Assembly (NCBI GenBank): GCA_949288955.1
Contig: CASEMS010000002.1
Location: 6,490-70,489, forward strand
DNA from: an uncultured Lentisphaeraceae bacterium
GTDB taxonomy: Bacteria > Verrucomicrobiota > Kiritimatiellia > RFP12 > DVOR01
Direction: 5' to 3'
Length of the DNA stretch: 64,000 nt
In this document: positions 56,660 through 64,000 of the stretch, one piece after another
Layout: every line of letters starts with the position of its first letter
Numbering within the stretch: the first letter of the stretch is position 1
Made by a program: the position numbers and the translations under genes
Notes under the pieces: model-generated
Told to the model about the DNA's origin: nothing
The model's database searches: none
What the model saw: the letters and a program-made list of their open reading frames with translations, nothing else

Positions 56660-57889
56660 ATGATCCTCGCCAACGAACACTACGGGAAGCTCCAAGCCTC
56701 CTATCTCTTCGCCAACATCGCCAAGCGCGTCAAGGCCTACCAAGAGGCCAACCCCGGCGCGGACGTCATCCGCCTGGGCATCGGCGACGTCACCCTCCCC
56801 CTCGCCCCCGCCTGCCTCGAAGCCATGCACAAGGCCGTCGACGAGCTCGGCCACGCCGCCACCTTCCGTGGCTACGGCCCCGAGCAAGGCTACGCCTTCC
56901 TCCGCGAGGCCATCGCCAAGAACGACTTCCAGGCCCGCGGCTGCGACATCCAGCCCGACGAGATCTTCGTCTCCGACGGCTCCAAGTGCGACTGCGCCAA
57001 CATCCAGGAGCTCTTCGCCGCCGAGGGGCTGCGCATCGCCATCCCCGACCCCGTCTACCCCGTCTACGTCGACACCAACGTCATGGCCGGGCGCACCGGC
57101 CCCGTGGCGGAGGGCCGCTACCAAGGCCTCCTCTACCTCGAAGGCACCGCCGCCAACGGGTTCGTCCCCGCGCCCCCCGCCGGCGCGCCCGCCGACCTCA
57201 TCTACCTCTGCTTCCCCAACAACCCCACCGGCGCCGTCGCCACCCGCGCGCAGCTCCAGGCCTGGGTGGACTACGCCCGCGCCAACAAGGCGCTCATCCT
57301 CTTCGACGCCGCCTACGAGGCCTTCATCCGCGACCCCGCCATCCCCCACTCCATCTACGAGATCCCCGGCGCGCGCGACTGCGCCATCGAGTTCCGCTCC
57401 TTCTCCAAGAAAGCCGGGTTCACCGGCGTGCGCTGCGCCTTCACCGTCGTCCCCAAGGGGCTGACCGCCTACGCCCAGGACGGCACGCCCATCCCCCTCC
57501 ACCCGATGTGGAACCGCCGCCACACCACCAAGTTCAACGGCGTCTCCTATCCCGTCCAGCGCGCCGCCGAGGCCGTCTACTCCCAGGACGGCGCCTGCCA
57601 GACCACCCAGCAGGTCGATTACTACCTCGGCAACGCCAAGCTCATCCGCGCCGGCATCCGCGCCCTCGGCCTCGACTGCGTGGGCGGCGACAACTCCCCC
57701 TATGTCTGGGTCGACGTCAAGGCCGACTCCTGGGACTTCTTCGACACCCTCCTCCACAAGGCCCAGGTCGTCACCACCCCCGGCGCGGGCTTCGGCAAAT
57801 GCGGCGAAGGCTACATCCGCATCTCCGCCTTCAACGACCGCGCCCGCGTCGAGGAGGCCATGGCCCGCATCGCCAAGGCCCTTCGCTGA
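56660..57889 (+). CDS. dapL: LL-diaminopimelate aminotransferase
   Basis: 409 aa; class I/II PLP aminotransferase with DapL-specific N-terminus ([13 protein letters not shown]), PLP-Lys in [10 protein letters not shown]. Confidence 0.85.
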   Translation: MILANEHYGKLQASYLFANIAKRVKAYQEANPGADVIRLGIGDVTLPLAPACLEAMHKAVDELGHAATFRGYGPEQGYAFLREAIAKNDFQARGCDIQPDEIFVSDGSKCDCANIQELFAAEGLRIAIPDPVYPVYVDTNVMAGRTGPVAEGRYQGLLYLEGTAANGFVPAPPAGAPADLIYLCFPNNPTGAVATRAQLQAWVDYARANKALILFDAAYEAFIRDPAIPHSIYEIPGARDCAIEFRSFSKKAGFTGVRCAFTVVPKGLTAYAQDGTPIPLHPMWNRRHTTKFNGVSYPVQRAAEAVYSQDGACQTTQQVDYYLGNAKLIRAGIRALGLDCVGGDNSPYVWVDVKADSWDFFDTLLHKAQVVTTPGAGFGKCGEGYIRISAFNDRARVEEAMARIAKALR

Positions 57890-57900
57890 ACCGTCCCAAC

Positions 57901-57928
57901 GCCCGCCGGCCCACGGCGGGCTTTTTTG
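57901..57928 (+). terminator. Rho-independent terminator after dapL
   Basis: GCCCGCCGGcccaCGGCGGGC + TTTTTTG. Confidence 0.7.
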
Positions 57929-57940
57929 TTGGAGAACACC

Positions 57941-59140
57941 ATGACCGGCAACATGCTCATCGCCCAAAGCGGCGGCCCCTCGATGGTCATCAACCAAAGC
58001 CTCGTCGGCGCCGTCCTCGCCGCCAAGGCCTCCTCCAAGATCGTCGAGATCTACGGCGCGCTCCACGGCATCCAAGGCATCCTCGACGAAGCCTTCGTGG
58101 ATCTCCGCGCCGAGCCCGAGGAAGTCCTCCTCCGCGTCGCCCAGACCCCCAGCTCCGCCCTCGGCTCCGTCCGCCGCAAACCCACCCCCGAGGACTGCCG
58201 CGCAATCTTCGCCGTCCTGGCCCGCCGCGACATCCGCTACTTCTTCTACATCGGCGGCAACGACTCCGCCGAGACCGCCAACATCATCGCCGAGGAGGCC
58301 GGGCGCCAAGGCTACGACCTGCGCTGCTTCCACATCCCCAAGACCATCGACAACGACCTGCTCTGCAACGACCACACCCCCGGCTACGGCTCCGCCGCGC
58401 GCTTCGTCGCCTGCGCCGTCCGCGGGGACGACCTGGACAACCGCGCCCTCGGCGGCGTGAAGATCGACGTGATCATGGGCCGCAACGCCGGCTTCCTCAC
58501 CGCCGCCGCCGCCCTCGCCCGCCAAGACCCCGACGACGGCCCCCACCTGCTCTACTTCCCCGAGCGCCCCTTCACCCTCGACCGCTTCGTCGCCGACGTC
58601 GCCGAGTGCATGAACCGCCACGGACGCTGCGTCGTCGCCGTCTCCGAAGGCATCCGCGGCCCCGACGGGCGCCCCATCGCCGAGGCCTTCTCCACCGAGG
58701 TCGACGCGCACGGCAACCGGCAGCTCACCACCGGCGCCCTCGGCGAACGCCTCGCCGCCGCCATCCGCCAGCGCCTCAACGTCCCCCGCGTCCGCGCCGA
58801 CACCTTCGGCTTCATCCAGCGCTGCTTCGTCGGCTGCGTCTCCGAGACCGACGCCAACGAGGCCCGCCTCGTCGGCTCCGTCGCCGTCCAGGCCGCCGTC
58901 GGCGGGAAATACCAGAACGGCACGGTGACCCTCACCCGCCTCCCCGGCGCCACCTACCAGATCGACTACGCCATCGCGCCCCTCCCCGCCGTCGCCCGGA
59001 ACACCCGCTCCCTCCCCGACCGCTACATCAACCCCGAGGGCAACAACGTAACCGGCCTCTTCCTCGACTACGCCCGCCCCCTCGTCGGCCCCCTCCCCGT
59101 CACCGCCCGCCTCAACGCCCTCCGCGGCCGCAACGCCTGA
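57941..59140 (+). CDS. pfk: 6-phosphofructokinase (PFK-A family; ATP- vs PPi-dependence not resolvable from sequence alone)
   Basis: 399 aa from MTGNM (GGAGA SD); motifs GGNDS, PKTIDNDL, IMGRNAG. Confidence 0.8.
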   Translation: MTGNMLIAQSGGPSMVINQSLVGAVLAAKASSKIVEIYGALHGIQGILDEAFVDLRAEPEEVLLRVAQTPSSALGSVRRKPTPEDCRAIFAVLARRDIRYFFYIGGNDSAETANIIAEEAGRQGYDLRCFHIPKTIDNDLLCNDHTPGYGSAARFVACAVRGDDLDNRALGGVKIDVIMGRNAGFLTAAAALARQDPDDGPHLLYFPERPFTLDRFVADVAECMNRHGRCVVAVSEGIRGPDGRPIAEAFSTEVDAHGNRQLTTGALGERLAAAIRQRLNVPRVRADTFGFIQRCFVGCVSETDANEARLVGSVAVQAAVGGKYQNGTVTLTRLPGATYQIDYAIAPLPAVARNTRSLPDRYINPEGNNVTGLFLDYARPLVGPLPVTARLNALRGRNA

Positions 59141-59164
59141 ACGCCCCGACGACGACATAAAAAA

Positions 59165-59196
59165 GCCCCCGCCATCAACGGCGGGGGCTTTTTTTG
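59165..59196 (+). terminator. Rho-independent terminator after pfk
   Basis: GCCCCCGCCatcaacGGCGGGGGC + TTTTTTTG. Confidence 0.75.
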
Positions 59197-59221
59197 TGCC
59201 CAAGCGCGGCCACCCCGAAAA

Positions 59222-59345
59222 GGATCGGCGGCCGAGACAAAGTGGATCAGCGGCTGACCCGAGGAGGATCGGCGGCCACCCCGAGGTGGATCGGCGGCTG
59301 ACCCGAGGAGGATCGGCGGCTGAGGCAAGGTGGATCAGGGGCCGA
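59222..59345. repeat. 22-bp minisatellite family, ~6 units
   Basis: ggatcggcggccgagacaaagt ggatcagcggctgacccgagga ggatcggcggccaccccgaggt ggatcggcggctgacccgagga ggatcggcggctgaggcaaggt ggatcaggggccgaccggg; the array extends into the 3' end of deoA. Confidence 0.85.
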
Positions 59346-60645
59346 CCGGGAAGGCGTCGGGGAGGGTCGCGGCCACCAACGTGCGGCGAGGGGGCGGGGC
59401 GTCCGCCAAGCGGAAGGCCTTGGCGGCCTCTTCCGCCAAAGCCGAGGCGCGGGCCTCGCCGTCGGCGCAGAGCACGCAGAGCGGCGCCCCCGCCTCGACG
59501 CGCTCGCCCTGCTGGAGGAGGCCATCCACGCCCGCGGCGGGGTCGGGGGTCTCGTCCACGGCCTGGCGGCCCGCGCCCAACGCCAACGCCACGCGGCCGA
59601 TGGCCTTGGCATCCACGTGCGCCACCCAGCCCGCGCACGGCGCGCGCACCGCCACCCGGGCGCGCGCCTCCGGCAGCGGCGCATCCGGGTCGCCCCCCTG
59701 CGCCAGCGTCATCCGGCGGAAGATCGCCGCGGCCTCGCCCGAATCCAAGGCGCGCGCGGCGGCTTGGCGGGCGGCGCCCAGATCCGAAAAGCGGCCCGCC
59801 GCGTGCGCCAGGTGGGCGGCCTCCTCGATGGTCAGCGCGCGGACGTCCCACGGGCCGGCGCCCGCGAGGGTCTCCCGCGCCTCGCGCACCTCCAGCGCGT
59901 TGCCGACGGCGCGCCCGAGGGGCTGATCCATGTCGGTGAGCAAGGCGCGGCAGGTCCTCCCCAAGCGGCGCCCGGTGGCGATCAGCGCCTCGGCGAGGCG
60001 TTTGGCCTGGGGGAGGGTGCCCATGAAGGCGCCGGAGCCGAACTTGACGTCGAAGAGCAGGGTGGAGGCTCCCTCCGCGAGTTTCTTGCTCATGATGGAG
60101 GCGACGATCAGCGGCACGCTCGGCACCGTCGCCGTCACGTCGCGCAAGGCGTAAAGGCGGCGGTCGGCGGGCGCCAGGTCGTCCGTCTGGCCGATCAGGC
60201 AGCAGCCCACCTCGGCCACGATCCGGCGGAAGTCCCCCACCCCCAGGCGCACGTTGAAGCCCGGGATGCTCTCCAGCTTGTCCAGCGTCCCACCCGTCAG
60301 GCCGAGGCCCCGGCCCGAGATCATCGGCACCGCGAGGCCCAACGCCGCGCAGACCGGCGCCAACGGCAGCGAGATCTTGTCCCCCACCCCGCCCGTCGAG
60401 TGCTTGTCGGCCGTCGGCCGGCCGATCCCGTCCCACGCGAGGCAGCGCCCCGAGCGCATCATCGCGTCCGTCAGCGTCGCCGTCTCCCGCGCCGTCATCC
60501 CATTCAGGTAGACGGCCATCAGCCAGGCCGCGATCTGATAATCCGGCAGCGTCCCCTCCGTCACCCCGCGCACCCAGGCGCGCAGGGCCTCGTCGGCGTG
60601 CTCCCGGCCGTCGCGCTTCTCCTCGATAAACCACTGTGGAACCAT
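59335..60645 (-). CDS. deoA: thymidine/pyrimidine-nucleoside phosphorylase
   Basis: 436 aa from MVPQWFIEEKRDG; motifs DKHSTGGVGDK, phosphate-binding and alpha/beta domain. Confidence 0.85.
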   Translation of the reverse strand: MVPQWFIEEKRDGREHADEALRAWVRGVTEGTLPDYQIAAWLMAVYLNGMTARETATLTDAMMRSGRCLAWDGIGRPTADKHSTGGVGDKISLPLAPVCAALGLAVPMISGRGLGLTGGTLDKLESIPGFNVRLGVGDFRRIVAEVGCCLIGQTDDLAPADRRLYALRDVTATVPSVPLIVASIMSKKLAEGASTLLFDVKFGSGAFMGTLPQAKRLAEALIATGRRLGRTCRALLTDMDQPLGRAVGNALEVREARETLAGAGPWDVRALTIEEAAHLAHAAGRFSDLGAARQAAARALDSGEAAAIFRRMTLAQGGDPDAPLPEARARVAVRAPCAGWVAHVDAKAIGRVALALGAGRQAVDETPDPAAGVDGLLQQGERVEAGAPLCVLCADGEARASALAEEAAKAFRLADAPPPRRTLVAATLPDAFPVGP

Positions 60646-60689
60646 GACTCCGCTCCTTTCCCGGCCCCGTCGGCCTAGCCCTATCATAA

Positions 60690-60728
60690 CAAAAAAGCCC
60701 CGCAAGTATTGCTACTTGCGGGGCTTTT
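60690..60728. terminator. bidirectional hairpin terminator (serves tRNA-Thr on minus strand)
   Basis: AAAAAA GCCCCGCAAGTAttgcTACTTGCGGGGC TTTT. Confidence 0.7.
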
Positions 60729-60732
60729 AAGA

Positions 60733-60809
60733 TGGAGCCAACTGACGGAATCGGACCGACGACCTGCGCATTACGAATGCGCTGCTCTACCTAGCTGAGC
60801 TAAGTTGGC
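60733..60809 (-). tRNA. tRNA-Thr (anticodon CGT)
   Basis: 77 nt; acceptor GCCAACT/AGTTGGC; anticodon loop TTCGTAA; T-loop GGTCCGATTCC; encoded CCA. Confidence 0.9.
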
Positions 60810-60956
60810 AGAACGGCGAATAGGATACCAAACGCCCGCCCGAAAGGCAATCCCCTTTTTTCGATCTGCCGCCGAATGTATTTTTTCGCTTGCCTTTTTC
60901 AGAGATTTTGAGATACTTATGCGCATTTACAAGTGCCATCGGAAGGACTGCCAAGG

Positions 60957-62654
60957 ATGATCAGGTGGAGCCAGACCCTGTTGAACACGCTGCGCGAGGC
61001 GCCGCAGGACGCCGAGATCGTCAGCCACAAGCTGATGATCCGCGCGGGCATGATGCGCAAACTCGGGGGCGGGCTGTACACCTACCTGCCGCTTGGGATG
61101 CGCGCATTGCGCAAGATCGAGGCCATCGTCCGCGAGGAGATGGACCGCGCCGGGGCGCAGGAGACGCTCTTCCCCATCCTCCAGCCCGCCGAGCTGTGGA
61201 AGCAGACGGGCCGCTGGGAGTCGATGGGCCCCGGGATGTTCCGCGTGCGGGACCGCAAGGAGGCGTGGTACGTCCTCGCCCCCACCGCCGAGGAGGCCTT
61301 CACCGCCCTGGCCAAGAGCGAGATCTCCTCCTACCGCCAGCTGCCGCGCACCATCTACCAGATGCAGGACAAGTTCCGCGACGAGATCCGCCCCCGCTTC
61401 GGCCTCATCCGCGGCAAAGAGTTCATCATGAAGGACGCCTACAGCTTCGACGCCGACGACGCGGGGGCCGACAAGAGCTACCGCGCGATGTACGAGGCCT
61501 ACGTGCGCATCTTCCGGCGCGTGGGGCTGGCGGCCAAGCCCGTCGAGGCCGACACCGGCGACATCGGCGGCAACTTCTCCCATGAGTTCATGGTCTTCGC
61601 CGCCAGCGGCGAGGATGGCATCCTCGACTGCCCCGCCTGCGGCTACGCGGCCAACCAGGAGCGCGCCGAGCGCCAAACCGCCCCCGTGCCCTACCGGGCG
61701 GAGGCCGGCGCCGCCGAGCCCGTCGCCACCCCCGGCCAGCACACCTGCGAGGAGGTGGCGCGCTTCCTCGGGCGGCCGCTCGACCAGATCGTCAAGAGCC
61801 TCGTCCTCCTCGTCGGCGGCAAGCCCGTCATGGCCCTGGTGCCCGGCGACCGCGAGCTGAGCGAGACGAAGCTGCGCCGCCTCTTCGGCGGGGCCAAGGT
61901 GGAGGAGGCCGACCCCGAGACCGTGGCGCGCCTGGCCGGCCCCGTCGGCTCCATCGGCCCCGTGGGCCTTGACCTCCCCCTCTACGCCGACCGCGCGCTC
62001 GAAGGCGCCGCCGACATGGTGGTGGGCGCGAACAAGGAAAGCTTCCACCTCATCCACGTCTCCCTGGCGCGCGACGCGAAGGTGACCGCCTACGAGGACC
62101 TGGCCACCGTCCGCGCGGGCGACCTTTGCCCGAAGTGCGGCAAGCCCCTGGAGATCCGCCGCGGCACCGAGGTGGGCCAGTGCTTCAAGCTGGGCACCAA
62201 ATACTCCGCCGCCATGGGCGCCACCTATCTGGACGAGCAGGGCACGGCCAAGCCCCTCGTGATGGGCTGCTACGGCATCGGCGTCAGCCGCACCTTGCAG
62301 GCCATCGTGGAGCAGAGCAACGACGAGCACGGCATCATCTGGCCCGCCGCCGTCGCCCCCTGCCAGGTGGCCCTGCTCATCCTCGACACGGACGTGCCCG
62401 AGGTCGTCGCCCAGGCCGAGGCCTTGGGCGCCGAATTGGAGAGGCTCGGCATCGACGTCTTCGTGGACGACCGCGCCGAGCGCCCCGGCGTGAAGTTCAA
62501 GGATGCCGACCTCATCGGCCTGCCCATCCGCGTCGTGGCCGGCGCCAAGGGCCTGGCCAAAGGCGGCTTCGAGATCCGCCGCCGCACGGAGCGCGACTCC
62601 GCCATCGTCCCCCCCGCCGAGGCCGCCCAGGCCATCGCCGGGATGCTGAACTGA
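60957..62654 (+). CDS. proS: proline--tRNA ligase (bacterial type with editing domain)
   Basis: 565 aa from MIRWSQTLL; class II motifs, INS editing domain, C-terminal anticodon-binding domain. Confidence 0.9.
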   Translation: MIRWSQTLLNTLREAPQDAEIVSHKLMIRAGMMRKLGGGLYTYLPLGMRALRKIEAIVREEMDRAGAQETLFPILQPAELWKQTGRWESMGPGMFRVRDRKEAWYVLAPTAEEAFTALAKSEISSYRQLPRTIYQMQDKFRDEIRPRFGLIRGKEFIMKDAYSFDADDAGADKSYRAMYEAYVRIFRRVGLAAKPVEADTGDIGGNFSHEFMVFAASGEDGILDCPACGYAANQERAERQTAPVPYRAEAGAAEPVATPGQHTCEEVARFLGRPLDQIVKSLVLLVGGKPVMALVPGDRELSETKLRRLFGGAKVEEADPETVARLAGPVGSIGPVGLDLPLYADRALEGAADMVVGANKESFHLIHVSLARDAKVTAYEDLATVRAGDLCPKCGKPLEIRRGTEVGQCFKLGTKYSAAMGATYLDEQGTAKPLVMGCYGIGVSRTLQAIVEQSNDEHGIIWPAAVAPCQVALLILDTDVPEVVAQAEALGAELERLGIDVFVDDRAERPGVKFKDADLIGLPIRVVAGAKGLAKGGFEIRRRTERDSAIVPPAEAAQAIAGMLN

Positions 62655-62696
62655 ACCGACACACGACAACCCGCTTAAAAAGACAAGGACATCGCC

Positions 62697-63047
62697 ATGA
62701 AGAACGCAGACACCAACCCCGCCGAGCGCATCCCCTCCACCAGCACGCGCCGTGACCTCTCGACGGTCATCGCCGCCACCCACAAGATCCCCCAGACGCT
62801 GGCCTACAAGATCATCGACACCACCTTCGAGGCCCTCCTCGCCAACCTCATCAAGAACGGGCACGTCGAGCTCCGCGGCTTCGGCGTCTTCGAGGTCGTC
62901 TCCCGCAAGGGGCGCCGCGGCCGCAACCCCAAGAAGCCCGAGCAGGAGGTCTGGATCGCCGAGCGCCGCTCCATCCGCTTCAAGCCCTCGCGCCTGCTGC
63001 GCAAGGACCTCGAGGATGCCACCCTGGCCCCGCGCCATCGCCGCTGA
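62697..63047 (+). CDS. hup: HU/IHF-family DNA-binding protein
   Basis: 116 aa; HU fold signature (GFGxF, RxGRNPxT arm). Confidence 0.8.
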   Translation: MKNADTNPAERIPSTSTRRDLSTVIAATHKIPQTLAYKIIDTTFEALLANLIKNGHVELRGFGVFEVVSRKGRRGRNPKKPEQEVWIAERRSIRFKPSRLLRKDLEDATLAPRHRR

Positions 63048-63134
63048 GTCCCGAACCCCGACCCCCCGGCGCGGCTCCCGCGGCACGGCGGGGCCGCGCC
63101 CTTCGTTTCATCCCTCCCACCCCGGATCGCACCC

Positions 63135-64000
63135 ATGAGCACCGTCACCTTCGACGCCCCGCGCGGCATGCGCGACTTCTACCCCGAGGACATGGCCTGG
63201 CGCAACCGCGTCTTCGACGCCTGGCGCGCCGCCGCCGAGCGCTTCGGCTTCCAGCCCTACGACGCCTGCGTCGTGGAATCCCTTGAGCTGCTCCAGCGCA
63301 AGAGCGGCGAGGAGGTCTCCGAGCAGATCTATGCCTTCCAGGACAAGTCCGGGCGCAACCTGGCCCTCCGCCCCGAGATGACCCCCACCCTCGCGCGCAT
63401 GGTCGCCGCCCGCCAAAGCCGCCTCCACTTCCCCATCAAATGGTCGGCCATCGCCCAATGCTTCCGCTACGAGCGCATGACCCGTGGCCGCAAGCGCGAG
63501 CACTACCAGCTGAACCTCGACATCGTCGGCACCGAGGACACCCTGGCCGAGGCCGAGCTCCTCGGCGCCGCCGCCACGGCCGTCCGCCTCATGGGCCTGC
63601 CCGACGAGGCTTGGCGCATCCACGTCTCCAGCCGCGCGCTCCTGGGCGAGCTCCTGGCCCAAAGTGGCATCCCCGCCGACCAGCACACCGCCGTCTTCAT
63701 GGCGCTCGACAAGCGCGGCAAAATCCCCGACGAGGAGATCGCCGCGATCCTCCGCGCGGGCGGCCTCTCCCAAGAGGCCGTCGACGCCGCCTTCCGCCTG
63801 CTGGCCGTGGACAGCCTGGAGGCCGCCGCCGCGCTCGTCGGCCCCGACTCCCCGGCCATCGCGGCTCTCCGCGCCCTCCACGCCCACGCCGCGCGCATGG
63901 GCTACGCGCACCTGCTCCAATTCGACATCGCCGTCATCCGCGGCCTCTCCTACTACACCGGCATCGTCTTCGAGGCCTTCGACGCCCAGCGGCGCTTCCG
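63135..64000 (+). CDS. hisS: histidine--tRNA ligase (5' partial, continues beyond window)
   Basis: N-terminal PRGMRDFYPED, class II motif 1/2, LRPEMTP. Confidence 0.85.
   Translation, partial: MSTVTFDAPRGMRDFYPEDMAWRNRVFDAWRAAAERFGFQPYDACVVESLELLQRKSGEEVSEQIYAFQDKSGRNLALRPEMTPTLARMVAARQSRLHFPIKWSAIAQCFRYERMTRGRKREHYQLNLDIVGTEDTLAEAELLGAAATAVRLMGLPDEAWRIHVSSRALLGELLAQSGIPADQHTAVFMALDKRGKIPDEEIAAILRAGGLSQEAVDAAFRLLAVDSLEAAAALVGPDSPAIAALRALHAHAARMGYAHLLQFDIAVIRGLSYYTGIVFEAFDAQRRF

Noticed and set aside
59222-59345. Possibility that the 22-bp tandem arrays are CRISPR repeats
   Set aside because: Units are directly adjacent with no unique spacers, the period is 22 bp rather than repeat plus spacer, and no cas genes are present. 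They are minisatellites.
56615-60634. 1339-aa minus-strand ORF
   Set aside because: Antisense to dapL, pfk and deoA; Gly/Ala/Asp low-complexity. The same applies to 6699-9746(+), 41344-44481(+) and 41900-44449(-).

Overview
High-GC (~68%) bacterial chromosomal segment. The gene content (LL-DAP aminotransferase DapL, PFK-A, Ser/Thr kinase–ECF sigma pair, prepilin-type proteins, CdaA, host-glycan catabolic genes) points to a Planctomycetes–Verrucomicrobia–Chlamydiae (PVC) superphylum-type organism; phylum not determinable from this window. The map is dense and mostly housekeeping and carbohydrate metabolism. Genes called: lpxD, an aconitase, pssA–psd, a complete Type III restriction–modification pair (mod–res), alpha-N-acetylglucosaminidase (GH89), folP–cdaA–cdaR fused into one translationally coupled operon with a GldG-like protein, DUF4340 and a PAS hybrid histidine kinase, a discoidin glycoside hydrolase, a hexuronate cluster (kdgK, a uxuA–SDR fusion, uxaC, eda), N-acylglucosamine 2-epimerase + nanA, zupT, glyS, ruvB, murD, folC, rluA-family, an AICARFT-only purH, a Ser/Thr kinase + ECF sigma, lpxL-like, dapL, a PFK, deoA, proS, HU, and partial hisS. 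Five tRNAs (Asn, Met/CAT, Arg, Pro, Thr). What the gene calls do not explain is a set of dispersed, highly structured intergenic repeats: a ~190-bp composite tandem array, a 77-nt tRNA-length palindromic module in three copies, a (CCAAACYTC)n microsatellite, and a 22-bp minisatellite present at six loci directly after terminators. One copy of this repeat complex coincides with a truncated sbcD remnant. Many long ORFs in the six-frame track are antisense high-GC artefacts and were discarded. ORF coordinates include the stop codon, following the supplied track.
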